A stretch of 64,000 nucleotides of DNA from Pseudomaricurvus sp. (GCF_965662505.1 NZ_CBFIHX010000002.1:1948-65947); one strand, 5' to 3'. Counted from the stretch's first letter, positions 22,190-33,603 are shown. Notes: generated from the letters alone by a model not told the origin. Numbers and translations are program-made.

Positions 22190-23185
22190 CTACATAACTC
22201 CGGCACGCAGTATGTCGTGCATGTGAATGACGCCGATGGGACGATGACCGTCGTCTTCAACAATCAGGGCGGTGATCTTGCGGCCTTCCATGATGCCCAG
22301 AGCTTCGGCGGCCAGCATGTTGTGGTGAACGGTTTTGGGATTTGCCGACATGACCTGATCCATGGTGGCGGTGCTGAGGTCTGCCCCCTGGTCGACGCAG
22401 CGACGCAGGTCGCCATCGGTGAATACGCCCAGCAGGTGGCCGTCAGGATTGGTTACGGTCGTCATGCCGAAGCCTTTCTCGGTCATTTCTACCAGTGCCT
22501 GGCTGAGTGCTGTATCGGCACTGACTCGCGGCACTTCGCTGTCTTTGTGCATGATGTCTTCCACTTTCAGCAGCAGTTTGCGCCCCAGCGCGCCGCCGGG
22601 GTGGGAAAAAGCAAAGTCTTCTGCGGTAAAGCCGCGAGCTTCCAGCAGGGCCACCGCCAGGGCGTCGCCCATGGCCAGGGTTACCGTGGTGCTGGTGGTT
22701 GGCGCCAGGTTCAGAGGGCAGGCCTCGCTCTCAATACTGATGTCCAGGTGGACGTTGGCGGCCAGCGCCAGTGGCGAGTCGGCTTTGCCCGCCATGCTGA
22801 TCAGTGGGATCCCCATGCGCTTGAGCATCGGCAAAAGCATTACGATTTCAGCGGAGGAGCCGGAATTGGAAATGCCGATGACCACATCGTCACGGGTGAT
22901 CATGCCCAGATCGCCGTGGCTGGCTTCGCCCGGGTGGACAAAGAAAGAGGGAGTTCCGGTGCTGGCCAGAGTGGCGGCGATCTTGTTGCCGATATGACCC
23001 GATTTGCCCATGCCGGTGACAATGGTTCTGCCCTTGCAGTTGAGGATCAGCTGGCAGGCATCCACAAAGGTCTGGTTTACACGACTTTTGAGGTCGGCGA
23101 CGGCCTTGGCCTCAATGTCGATGGTGCGCTGACCGGCCTTGATGAGTTGGGCGGTGTCTGTCGGTGGTGTGTTGTTCTGGGTCAT
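22190..23185 (-). CDS. kdsD: Arabinose-5-phosphate isomerase (KpsF/GutQ family)
   Basis: GMGKSGHIG, HPGEASHGDLG, PTTSTT, HPGGALG, C-terminal CBS pair. Confidence 0.96.
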   Translation of the reverse strand: MTQNNTPPTDTAQLIKAGQRTIDIEAKAVADLKSRVNQTFVDACQLILNCKGRTIVTGMGKSGHIGNKIAATLASTGTPSFFVHPGEASHGDLGMITRDDVVIGISNSGSSAEIVMLLPMLKRMGIPLISMAGKADSPLALAANVHLDISIESEACPLNLAPTTSTTVTLAMGDALAVALLEARGFTAEDFAFSHPGGALGRKLLLKVEDIMHKDSEVPRVSADTALSQALVEMTEKGFGMTTVTNPDGHLLGVFTDGDLRRCVDQGADLSTATMDQVMSANPKTVHHNMLAAEALGIMEGRKITALIVEDDGHRPIGVIHMHDILRAGVM

Positions 23186-23304
23186 AAGGCTATTCTAAGG
23201 GAATTTGAGTTTTTGCCGTTTGCAACAAGCCTATCGGCAAACGGCGTTTAAAGGAACCTCAGGCGGCAGCCATCGGGTTAGTATCCGTAGATGGCCGGCG
23301 AGGA

Positions 23305-24285
23305 TCAGCGGAACAGCACATAGAAATACAGGATGTAGCCCGCCAATAGCAGGGTCCCAATACGGCGCCCCAGGTAGGCGACTCCCTGACTGTTAGGGTG
23401 CCGGTTGCGTACCTTGTAATCAATAATGATAGCTGCCGCCAGCAGGAGCGTGATGCCGCCCATGGCCATAAAGTCGCGACTGAAGACGTCGGTCTCCATG
23501 ACGGGCGGGTGGATGATGCCCGGCAGTGACATGACGGCCAGGATGTTAAAGATGTTGGAGCCTATAATGTTACCCAGGGCCATGTCGTGGTGGCCTTTGA
23601 TGGCGCTCATGACCGAGGCGGCTAGCTCCGGGAGGCTGGTGCCAATGGCGACAACGGTCAGACCAATGATCAGAGGGCTGACGCCGAAGTCGGTGGCGAC
23701 AATTTGGGCGCCCCACACCAGCAGATCGGAGCTGGCAATCAGTACCCCAAGGCCGACCACAAACCAGAAGAAAGCGATGCCGGTCTTCATGTTGGGGATT
23801 TCGTCCTCGTCCACAACCTCTTCCGGGTGATCTTTCTTGCTACGAGTCATGATGTATAGCAGAGGAATCAGGCCGCCAAGCAATAAGTAGCCCTCAAGAG
23901 GTGACAAGGTTGCGTCGTACAGCACAATGCCGGCAGCCACAGTGACCAACAGCAGAATCGGAATTTCCTGAGTCAGCAGGTGTTTCTGGATGGGCATAGG
24001 AGCGATCAGAGCTGTAATCGCCAAGACCATACCGATGTTTGCCAGGTTCGACCCCAGGGCGTTACCAATGGCCAGCTCGCCACTGCCGTCCAGGGCTGCG
24101 TTGATGGAAACAACGATTTCCGGGGCAGAGGTTCCAAGGGAAACGATGGTGAGACCGATAATCAAACGGCTAACGCCAAAGTTACTGGCGATAGCGGCAC
24201 TACCACCGACAAAGCGGTCGGCGCTCCAGATTAATCCGCCGAAGCCAACGAGTATGGCGATCCAGGCCAGCCACAGTTCTGACAT
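23305..24285 (-). CDS. yrbG: Calcium/sodium antiporter (YrbG, CaCA family)
   Basis: Alpha repeats GTSAPE...GSNLAN and GTSLPE...GSNIFN. Confidence 0.92.
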   Translation of the reverse strand: MSELWLAWIAILVGFGGLIWSADRFVGGSAAIASNFGVSRLIIGLTIVSLGTSAPEIVVSINAALDGSGELAIGNALGSNLANIGMVLAITALIAPMPIQKHLLTQEIPILLLVTVAAGIVLYDATLSPLEGYLLLGGLIPLLYIMTRSKKDHPEEVVDEDEIPNMKTGIAFFWFVVGLGVLIASSDLLVWGAQIVATDFGVSPLIIGLTVVAIGTSLPELAASVMSAIKGHHDMALGNIIGSNIFNILAVMSLPGIIHPPVMETDVFSRDFMAMGGITLLLAAAIIIDYKVRNRHPNSQGVAYLGRRIGTLLLAGYILYFYVLFR

Positions 24286-24594
24286 TGATGTTCCTTAGTA
24301 ATCTGAGTGCAGTAATATAGGTGCAGGTCAAAGGTGGCAGATGGTATAGTGGCCTGCTTGGAATGTCAGCCGTAATGTGCATTTTTCTGGAAATTGCCGA
24401 CCTTATCGCCTTTTGGGTTCCCTCGCTGTTAAACCTTTCCCTGTTTGGGGGTTCTAACGTCACGAGGAGCCTGTTTTAGAAGGGCTCCAGGTTTTAAAGC
24501 ACCAGGCCAAAAAATGCTGGAATACCACGGTAGCGATGATCTGCCGACCATTAAGTACAAAATCAGGAAGAACTAATCAGGAGAGTCAGCTGAG

Positions 24595-25284
24595 ATGGGA
24601 CAACAAGTAATGTGTAAGCCACAAACAATTCACAAAAGAGTTGTTGCGCTGTTTGTCAGTGTTTTTTTCAGTGTGTTGTGGGCGCAAGCGCAAGCACAGG
24701 GCAGTTCACAAGCGAACTCCTCTGAAAACTATCCCGCTGACGGCCCCTACGCTCTGGTTGAGCAGGTGACCCGGGATATTTTGAATGTCGTAGAAGATCA
24801 GAAAGACTTGCTGGAGCAGGATCCAGAGGCTTTCTATAGTTCGGTTGGTGAGGTGCTTTCGCCGGTAGTTGCGTTTGATTATATCGCCCGGGGCGTGATG
24901 GGCAGCTATGCCAAACAGGCTAGCCCTGAGCAGCGGAAACGCTTCAGTAAGGTGTTTCGGGATAATCTGATCAGCACTTATGCCAAGGGTATGGCGGTGT
25001 ATGGTCAGCAGAAAATTGTACTGGTTGAACCTGATCAGCCGGTGGGTGAGCAGCGCAAAGTGAGTGTTGTACAGAAGGTGCAAACCGAGGAAGCAGAACA
25101 TACGGTCAACTACACTATGGGCAAGAGCAAACTGGATGACAGCTGGAAACTGCTCAATGTGACCATCAACGGGATTAATCTGGGCGTCACTTTCCGTTCA
25201 CAGTTTTCCCAGGCTATGAGAAAAGACGGTGATCTGGATCAGGTCATCGATGGCTGGTCTGCCCAAGGTGCCGTAAAAGGCTGA
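24595..25284 (+). CDS. mlaC: MlaC/Ttg2D periplasmic phospholipid-binding protein
   Basis: Signal peptide; VAFDYIARGVMG, ASPEQRKRFSKVFRDNLISTY, WKLLNVTINGINL, FRSQF. Exact start uncertain. Confidence 0.87.
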   Translation: MGQQVMCKPQTIHKRVVALFVSVFFSVLWAQAQAQGSSQANSSENYPADGPYALVEQVTRDILNVVEDQKDLLEQDPEAFYSSVGEVLSPVVAFDYIARGVMGSYAKQASPEQRKRFSKVFRDNLISTYAKGMAVYGQQKIVLVEPDQPVGEQRKVSVVQKVQTEEAEHTVNYTMGKSKLDDSWKLLNVTINGINLGVTFRSQFSQAMRKDGDLDQVIDGWSAQGAVKG

Positions 25285-25597
25285 GGTGGGCCGTCGCAGC
25301 TGTAAAGGTCCGTGCGACAAAGCTGAAGACTGGGGTGAAAAGTGAAGTGGTTGGCATGAGTTTCAACGGATTTTGCTTTTTGCTCTGACTCTAAGTGCGT
25401 GAGCAGGTCTTTTTCTTTACACTCCATTTTCTTTAAAATGCGGTGCCTTTTAATTGGGGTGTCGTAGAGTCGAATTCGAATCCCCTGCAAATTCGTCGTG
25501 ATCAGACAGGTCTGGCCGCCAGCCAGTTATGCGGCTCAAGCGGGGGACACATGCCCAAATCGGGCATTTTTAGCCATTGAACAAACGAGGACAGGGT

Positions 25598-25837
25598 ATG
25601 CAGCCTGAAGAAATCAAAGCCTTATTGGAACAGCAAATAGCCAGCAGCCAGGTTGAGGTGAGTGTCGATGGCAGTCACGTGAACCTGATTGTGGTCAGTA
25701 CGGCGTTTGAGGGACTGAACCCGGTGAAAAAGCAGCAGCTGGTTTACGGAGCGCTGTCTGATCAGATCGCCAGTGGTGTTATTCATGCGGTCAACATGAA
25801 AACCTACACTCCGGAACAGTGGGCTGCGGCCCAGTAA
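25598..25837 (+). CDS. ibaG: BolA/IbaG-family protein
   Basis: DGSHVNLIVVSTAFEG, KQQLVY, IHAVNMKTYTPEQW; directly before murA. Confidence 0.9.
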   Translation: MQPEEIKALLEQQIASSQVEVSVDGSHVNLIVVSTAFEGLNPVKKQQLVYGALSDQIASGVIHAVNMKTYTPEQWAAAQ

Positions 25838-25907
25838 TCGGGTGGCAACAAGCCGTTTCCGGAGTTTTCGGACCGGTCTATTCAGATTCATTACTTTTGA
25901 CAGATAA

Positions 25908-27182
<1,275 letters not shown>

Positions 27183-27261
27183 CCGAAAGCTGCTTTAAGT
27201 TATTAGAGCCTGATGGCTGTTGATGTCATCAGGGCCACTGAAAGAACGTAAGAATTGAGTT

Positions 27262-27897
27262 ATGTCGCACATGTTGACCATTGCCCTCACCAAGGGGCGC
27301 ATCCTGAAAGAAACTCTGCCATTGCTGGCGTCTGCGGGCATTGAGCCTGCGGAAGACATTAGCAAAAGCCGCAAGCTGATCTTCGCGACCAATCAGGAGC
27401 ATGTGCGCCTGCTGGTGCTGCGCGGCAGTGATGTGCCTACCTACGTTAAATTTGGTTCCGCGGATATTGGCATTGCCGGTAAAGATACGCTGATGGAAAG
27501 CGGCGCCGAAGGCCTGTATGAGCCTGTGGATCTGGGCATTGCCCGTTGTCAGCTGATGACAGCGGCGGTTAAGGGGGTGCAGACCCCCGAAGGCCGTATC
27601 AAGGTGGCAACCAAGTACGTCAATGTCGCTAAACAGTATTACGCTGCGCAGGGTCGTCAAGCTGATATTATTAAGCTCTACGGCGCGATGGAGCTGGCTC
27701 CGATTATGGATCTGGCCGATGAGATCGTTGATATTGTCGATACCGGTAATACCTTAAAAGCCAACGGTCTTGAGCCTCGTGAGCACATTGCGGACATCAG
27801 TTCTCGTCTGATTGTGAACAAGGCGTCCATGAAGATGAAACACGATCAGATCCAGCAGGTTATTGATGCCGTTCAGCGGGCTGTTGTTAATCAGTAG
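27262..27897 (+). CDS. hisG: ATP phosphoribosyltransferase, short (HisZ-dependent) form
   Basis: [41 protein letters not shown]; 211 aa, lacks the C-terminal regulatory domain. Confidence 0.96.
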   Translation: MSHMLTIALTKGRILKETLPLLASAGIEPAEDISKSRKLIFATNQEHVRLLVLRGSDVPTYVKFGSADIGIAGKDTLMESGAEGLYEPVDLGIARCQLMTAAVKGVQTPEGRIKVATKYVNVAKQYYAAQGRQADIIKLYGAMELAPIMDLADEIVDIVDTGNTLKANGLEPREHIADISSRLIVNKASMKMKHDQIQQVIDAVQRAVVNQ

Positions 27898-27939
27898 TTT
27901 GTTAAACAGTAGGTTGGTAATCAATAGGTTGTTAAGTAG
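27883..27939 (+). repeat. Degenerate 15-bp tandem repeat x4 copying the hisG 3' end
   Basis: GTTGTTAATCAGTAG / TTTGTTAAACAGTAG / GTTGGTAATCAATAG / GTTGTTAAGTAG. Confidence 0.8.
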
Positions 27940-28041
27940 ATTCCGCTGTTGAGGCGTATTTGAACAGTTGAAGCGCAATTTGAACAAGAGAAGTTTGAGC
28001 TCTGCTTAGGAGCTCTATTTAGCCCCCAGTGAGGCCAGGTC

Positions 28042-29355
28042 ATGTCATCCACCACACCCATCAAACAACTTAACGCCAGTGCTGCAGACTTTGACAGTCA
28101 GCTGGAGGCGCTGTTGGCTTGGGAGTCCGTATCGGATCATGCGGTGGCGGATACGGTGGCTAAGATTCTGGCCGATGTGAAGTCCACCGGTGATGAGGCT
28201 TTGTTGCGTTACACCAATCAGTTTGATCGTCTGGATGCGACCACTGTGGCGGATTTGGTGGTGCCAAAAGCCCGCCTGCAAGAAGCCTTAACCAAGATCA
28301 CTCCAGAGCAGCGCCAGGCGCTGGAAACCGCTGCCGATCGCGTGCGCCGTTATCACGAACACCAGAAGCAGGATTCCTGGAAGTACACCGAGGCCGACGG
28401 CACGGTGCTGGGGCAGCAGGTGAGAGCCATGGATCGTGTTGGTCTGTACGTTCCTGGGGGTAAGGCGTCTTACCCGTCATCGGTGCTGATGAACGCCATG
28501 CCCGCGAAAGTGGCGGGCGTGGAAGAGGTGGTGATGGTGGTGCCGACGCCGGGCGGCGAAGTGAATGAAATGGTGTTTGCTGCGGCTGCTATTGCCGAAG
28601 TGGACATGGTTGTTACGGTGGGCGGTGCCCAGGCGGTAGCGGCTCTGGCTTACGGTACTGAAACCGTGCCCAAGGTGGACAAGATCGTGGGGCCCGGCAA
28701 TATCTTTGTGGCCACTGCCAAGCGCTCCGTCTTCGGCACGGTAGCCATCGATATGATTGCCGGGCCTTCTGAAATTCTGGTGATTTGCGATGGTAAAACC
28801 GATCCGGACTGGATTGCCATGGATCTGTTTTCTCAGGCAGAGCACGATGAGCAGGCTCAATCGATTCTGGTTTCACCGGATGCTGAGTTCCTGTCACAGG
28901 TGCAGGCCAGTGTTGATCGTTTGCTGCCGACGTTGGCTCGTGAAGAGATTGCCCGTCAATCTATGACCAGTCGAGGCGCATTTATTCTGGTTGAAGATAT
29001 GGCGCAGGCTGTTGACGTCAGCAACCGAATAGCTCCTGAGCATTTGGAGTTGTCAGTGGCTGATCCGGAGGCGCTGTTGCCACAAGTTCGTCACGCTGGC
29101 GCCATTTTTATGGGGCGTCACACCGCCGAGGCCATCGGTGACTACTGTGCCGGACCCAATCACGTACTACCGACCTCGGGAACGGCACGCTTTTCCTCGC
29201 CGCTGGGGGTGTACGACTTCCAGAAGCGCAGTTCGATTATTTACTGCTCGCCAAGAGGCGCTTCCGAGCTGGGTAAGGTGGCTTCTGTGCTGGCTCGCGG
29301 AGAGTCTCTGGAAGCGCACGCGCGCTCTGCGGAATACCGTATTCTGGAGGATTAA
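28042..29355 (+). CDS. hisD: Histidinol dehydrogenase
   Basis: [55 protein letters not shown]. Confidence 0.98.
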   Translation: MSSTTPIKQLNASAADFDSQLEALLAWESVSDHAVADTVAKILADVKSTGDEALLRYTNQFDRLDATTVADLVVPKARLQEALTKITPEQRQALETAADRVRRYHEHQKQDSWKYTEADGTVLGQQVRAMDRVGLYVPGGKASYPSSVLMNAMPAKVAGVEEVVMVVPTPGGEVNEMVFAAAAIAEVDMVVTVGGAQAVAALAYGTETVPKVDKIVGPGNIFVATAKRSVFGTVAIDMIAGPSEILVICDGKTDPDWIAMDLFSQAEHDEQAQSILVSPDAEFLSQVQASVDRLLPTLAREEIARQSMTSRGAFILVEDMAQAVDVSNRIAPEHLELSVADPEALLPQVRHAGAIFMGRHTAEAIGDYCAGPNHVLPTSGTARFSSPLGVYDFQKRSSIIYCSPRGASELGKVASVLARGESLEAHARSAEYRILED

Positions 29356-29377
29356 GACTGGCGTGTATGCCAGTCTT
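29354..29377. terminator. Hairpin between convergent hisD and degS
   Basis: AAGACTGGC-gtgtat-GCCAGTCTT, 9-bp stem at the hisD stop. Confidence 0.6.
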
Positions 29378-29438
29378 GGGTCAGGTTTTTTACTCTGTCA
29401 GCTGTTAGCCGTTGTTCGGTTGTACTCTGGTCCTTGTT

Positions 29439-30599
29439 TTAGCTCTTGGCGGGAGGCTTGACCCCCAGCACACCGTTTAAGGTCACCTTCTGGCCGTTTC
29501 TGAGAACTTCGATTTCGATCTCGTCCCCTGGCCGCCCTTGAGCAACCTGCATCATACTCAGGCGTCCGTCGCTGACCGTCACATTGTTCATCCGCAGAAT
29601 AATATCGCCGGGCTGTAAGCCTGCTTGAAACGCCGGACTGTTTTTGTAGATGGCGGTGATGATGACGCCTGTAGGTGCGCTAAGTTTGAACGACTGTGCC
29701 AGTTCGGGTGTCATCTGCTGGGCTTCAATTCCCAGCCAGCCACGAACCACCTGCCCATAACTGACCAAATCCTGCATCACCTTCACTGCAGTATCGGCGG
29801 GGATGGCAAAGCCAATGCCCACGGAAAAGCCGGTTTTATCCAGAATGGCGGTATTGATACCCAGCAGATTGCCGTGGGCGTCGATCAGTGCGCCGCCGGA
29901 GTTGCCAGGGTTGATGGCCGCATCGGTTTGAATGTAGTTCTCGTAGGTGTTGATGCCCAGACCGTAGCGTCCTGTGGCGCTGATGATGCCCTGAGTCACA
30001 GTCTGTCCGACACCAAACGGGTTGCCGATGGCCAGAACCACGTCGCCAATATGGGCGTTTACGGGATCGCCGACTTTGATGGAGGTGAGATCATTCAGGG
30101 TGATGCGGAGTACGGCCAGATCGCTTTCCGGGTCAGTGCCTACCAGTGTGGCCTGGGCTTCACGGCCGTCTTGCAGTAACACCAGAATTTCGTCAGCACC
30201 TTCGATTACATGGTTGTTGGTGAGAATGTAGCCCTCGGGGCTGATAATGACTCCGGAGCCGAGAGCGGACTGCATGCGCTCCTGCTGGGGCAGGTCGGAG
30301 TTGTTGAAGAAGTGGCGGAACAGTGGATCGTCCAGCAATGGGTGTCGACGGCGTTTGAGTTGCGTTCGAGTGTAAATGTTTACTACGGCTGGAGCGGCGT
30401 TCTCGACAGCCTCGGCGTAGGAGACGGGCCCGCCCCATCCGTTGGCGCTGGGGCTGAGGTTACCGATCTGAAAGCTTCGGTCAGAGGTATTGCTTTCACC
30501 GCTGTGGTTGTTGTTCAGCCACAGGATGATGCAGGCGCCCATTAGCAGGCCGGCAATGACGGGCCAACCGAGAGATTTTGTCAGGCGGGAAAAGGGCAA
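29439..30599 (-). CDS. degS: HtrA-family serine protease, DegS/AlgW type (one PDZ domain)
   Basis: N-terminal TM; triad TNNHV, DLAVL, INPGNSGGAL; single PDZ; syntenic with AlgW. Confidence 0.9.
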   Translation of the reverse strand: MPFSRLTKSLGWPVIAGLLMGACIILWLNNNHSGESNTSDRSFQIGNLSPSANGWGGPVSYAEAVENAAPAVVNIYTRTQLKRRRHPLLDDPLFRHFFNNSDLPQQERMQSALGSGVIISPEGYILTNNHVIEGADEILVLLQDGREAQATLVGTDPESDLAVLRITLNDLTSIKVGDPVNAHIGDVVLAIGNPFGVGQTVTQGIISATGRYGLGINTYENYIQTDAAINPGNSGGALIDAHGNLLGINTAILDKTGFSVGIGFAIPADTAVKVMQDLVSYGQVVRGWLGIEAQQMTPELAQSFKLSAPTGVIITAIYKNSPAFQAGLQPGDIILRMNNVTVSDGRLSMMQVAQGRPGDEIEIEVLRNGQKVTLNGVLGVKPPAKS

Positions 30600-30841
30600 G
30601 TGGGGCTCCGCAGTTGGTTTGGTAATGTCAAAAGCTGTTCAGCTTGACGTCTAAAGCAGTAGTCAAGGCCGGATTATAGAGGGGATTGCCGCCACTAGGC
30701 CAGTCGGCGGGTGCTTTGCCGGGTCTTTTGCTTATCTTGCTGGCGCTTGAGAGGTAAGCGATGCCTTCCCGCCGAGAGGCGTCGGGAGGCTTGGAGGGTG
30801 GCCAGCAGTGGTTGTGCGCGGGTGGGCTGGCTCCTGGTCTA

Positions 30842-31354
30842 TTAGGCGTCTGCTTTACCCGTCTTGGGTTTCAGCGGGTGGTCGGCATTGTCCTCGTGTG
30901 AAGGGTGTGGATCGAGGCCAAAGTCTTCACTCAGTTGTCCTTTGCCGTCGGCACCTCTGGGAGCCCAGTCCCGGGGAGCCATGGTGCCGTGCTCGTCGCG
31001 GCTGCTGGTGTCTTTCGCTTTACTTGAGGCGGGCAGCAGCTTGCCGTCTGCGGCGTCGATAAGCTGTCGACTGATGTCGGGGTTGGTGAGCTTGAGAGCG
31101 CTGTCGGCCAGGTATTCGTGCACTTCTTTGTAGCTTTGGGTTAGGGAATTGACCAGTTGCGACGTCTGGGCAAAGTGCTCCGTTACATCCTGCTGGTAAT
31201 CCTTCAGCTTGTCCTCGGCTTTATTGACCCGGTTTTCCAGTTCACGATTCTGCTTCTCATCGGGGTGCAGGGACTTGGTCAGAATGGCTCCAAGCGCTCC
31301 GCCGATCAGTAGGGCTGCGATTGCGGTGATGATAAGTGTGCTGAGTGTGAACAC
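30842..31354 (-). CDS. zapG: ZapG/YhcB (DUF1043) inner-membrane protein
   Basis: TM helix then coiled coil; YQQDVTEHFAQTSQLVNSLTQSYKEVHEYLA; PRDWAP. Confidence 0.88.
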   Translation of the reverse strand: MFTLSTLIITAIAALLIGGALGAILTKSLHPDEKQNRELENRVNKAEDKLKDYQQDVTEHFAQTSQLVNSLTQSYKEVHEYLADSALKLTNPDISRQLIDAADGKLLPASSKAKDTSSRDEHGTMAPRDWAPRGADGKGQLSEDFGLDPHPSHEDNADHPLKPKTGKADA

Positions 31355-31916
31355 TAAAAAGTCTCCTGGTCAAAACGATGTTGGGAAGCGGGTCCGGTGC
31401 TGCCTGGTGTGCTGGCCATTTGCCATTGCGTACGAAGGCACGTGTACCGCAAAGCCAAGGATACCACCTTTGCTTAAGGGTGCCGTTGTTTTATGGCACT
31501 GCTGTTAATCTGGTACTTTTATAGGGTGCTTGGCTATTATCAGCACTTTCTTTAGTCGTTATTATACGCCCTTTCTTTGCCGCTATGCTTATTCTTTGTG
31601 GGGAATCTGGTCACAGGGTTTGGCGTTTTTGCCGTGGCGGCATTCTCGCAGGCTTGCGTCAGCATAGGGTGGCCGCTACAGTGAGCGCCGTTTTGTCGTC
31701 GAACTCCTTAACTTCTCGTGATAGCGAAGAGGTAATGACAAAAGAGGTATGGCGGCGTGCATGGCTGGGATGACCTCCTATTTTCTGACAGCTTAAAATT
31801 GAAGATTTTCTACCAATGATACTCAGGGCGCTTATCTCTTTACGTCAGGCCTCTCTTAGGCAGGGCTATTTAAGGCAGGCTTCTCTAAAATTGGTCCATC
31901 AAAAACAGGTGCAGGC

Positions 31917-33047
31917 ATGATGGCGAACGCAGGAACACCTTTGGAGCGCTATCAGGCTGATCTGAAAAAAGACGGCTTTAACTACGATCCTGCTCAGGAG
32001 ATGGCGGTTAAGCTGCTGCAAGACCTGTATGACCGCTTGGTGACGGGGTGGCAAAAAGAGCGGGCTCCCAAGGGGCTTGTCGGGCGTCTGAAGAACGTCT
32101 TTGGGGCCCCGCCGCAGCGCGAATTGCAGCGAGGCCTGTATTTTTGGGGCGGCGTCGGTCGCGGCAAAACCTATCTGATGGATAACTTCTACGAGAGCCT
32201 GCCTTTTTCCGACAAAATGCGGGCTCATTTTCACCGCTTTATGCGTCGTGTGCATCAGGAATTGCGCTCGCTGGATGGTCAGAAAAACCCGCTCGACACC
32301 GTGGCGGACCGTCTTGCCGCAGAGGCGCGGGTAATTTGTTTTGATGAGTTCTTTGTGTCTGACATTACTGACGCCATGATTTTGGGGACTTTGATGCAGG
32401 CGTTGTTTGATCGCGGCGTGTCGCTGGTTGCAACCTCCAATATTGTGCCAGATGGCCTTTATAAAGACGGTCTGCAGCGGGCTCGATTCCTTCCTGCCAT
32501 CGATATGTTGAACCAGCATACGCAGGTGGTGAATGTGGATGGCGGGGTGGATTACCGTCTGCGGGCTCTGGAGCAAGCCGAGTTGTACCACTCACCGCTG
32601 GATGCTGAAGCCGATGCCAGCTTGCTGACCAGTTTTGAGAGTTTGGTGCCGGACAAGTCCGAGATTCGCGCCAATACCTCTATTGAGGTCGAGGGACGCC
32701 CTATCCAGGCGCGTTTTGAGGCGGACGACGTGGTCTGGTTTGATTTTATGGCGCTGTGCGATGGCCCTCGTTCCCAGAACGACTATATTGAACTGGCCAA
32801 GGAGTATCACGCTGTCTTGGTGGCGAATGTTCCTGCGCTGGCACGGGATACCGATGATCAGGCACGCCGGTTTATCAATATGGTGGATGAGTTCTACGAC
32901 AGGAATGTAAAGTTGATTATTTCGGCGGCGAATCCACTGGCAGAAATCTACGGTGGCGGAAAGCTCAACTTCGAGTTTGAGCGCACAGTCAGTCGGCTGC
33001 TGGAAATGCAGAGTCAGGAGTATCTGGCCGCCCCTCATCGGCCTTAG
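31917..33047 (+). CDS. zapE: Cell division ATPase ZapE (AFG1 family)
   Basis: YFWGGVGRGKTYLMD, HFHRFM, CFDEFFVSDITDAM, RTVSRLLEMQ. Confidence 0.96.
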   Translation: MMANAGTPLERYQADLKKDGFNYDPAQEMAVKLLQDLYDRLVTGWQKERAPKGLVGRLKNVFGAPPQRELQRGLYFWGGVGRGKTYLMDNFYESLPFSDKMRAHFHRFMRRVHQELRSLDGQKNPLDTVADRLAAEARVICFDEFFVSDITDAMILGTLMQALFDRGVSLVATSNIVPDGLYKDGLQRARFLPAIDMLNQHTQVVNVDGGVDYRLRALEQAELYHSPLDAEADASLLTSFESLVPDKSEIRANTSIEVEGRPIQARFEADDVVWFDFMALCDGPRSQNDYIELAKEYHAVLVANVPALARDTDDQARRFINMVDEFYDRNVKLIISAANPLAEIYGGGKLNFEFERTVSRLLEMQSQEYLAAPHRP

Positions 33048-33075
33048 ACTGGGGATCGCTGAGCGAAATTTACAC

Positions 33076-33104
33076 TTGCGTTGGCGGATGGCTGTCTATA
33101 TACT
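33076..33104 (+). promoter_or_regulatory. Sigma-70 promoter of rplM-rpsI
   Basis: TTGCGT-N17-TATACT followed by a GC-rich discriminator CCGCGC. Confidence 0.65.
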
Positions 33105-33158
33105 CCGCGCTCCCATTTTTGGGCTTGTTTTACAAAATTCGTCGAAGGCAAATACAAC

Positions 33159-33587
33159 ATGAAGACTATTAGTGCCAAACCAGGATCAGTTCAGCAAGAC
33201 TGGTTCATTGTCGACGCAGAAGGCAAAACTTTGGGCCGTATGGCCGCAGAGATCGCAACTCGTCTGCGTGGAAAGCATAAGCCAGAATACACTCCGCATT
33301 GCGACACCGGTGATTACATCGTTGTTGTTAACGCTGAAAAAGTGCGTGTAACTGGTAACAAAGCCAAAGGCAAGATCTACCACAGCCACACCGGCTATCC
33401 TGGTGGTCTGAAATCCATCAGCTTTGAAAAGCTGATCGAGAAAGCCCCTGAGCGTACTATCCAGAGTGCTGTTAAAGGCATGCTGCCCCGTGGGCCGCTG
33501 GGTCGTGCAATGTTCAAAAAACTGAAAGTTTACGCTGGTACCGAGCATCCACATGCTGCGCAACAGCCTAAAGAACTGAACATCTAA
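33159..33587 (+). CDS. rplM: 50S ribosomal protein L13
   Basis: [36 protein letters not shown]; 142 aa from ATG 33159. Confidence 0.99.
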   Translation: MKTISAKPGSVQQDWFIVDAEGKTLGRMAAEIATRLRGKHKPEYTPHCDTGDYIVVVNAEKVRVTGNKAKGKIYHSHTGYPGGLKSISFEKLIEKAPERTIQSAVKGMLPRGPLGRAMFKKLKVYAGTEHPHAAQQPKELNI

Positions 33588-33603
33588 TCAGGAGCTGATG
33601 ATA

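Noticed and set aside
22217-23251. 344-aa + strand ORF
   Set aside because: Antisense shadow of kdsD; not a hidden kdsC (no HAD DxD motif).
25285-25597. Possible mlaB pseudogene between mlaC and bolA
   Set aside because: The + frames translated at the start of the gap hit early stops and show no STAS-like sequence; a TTTACA/TAAAAT pair has only a 12-nt spacer.
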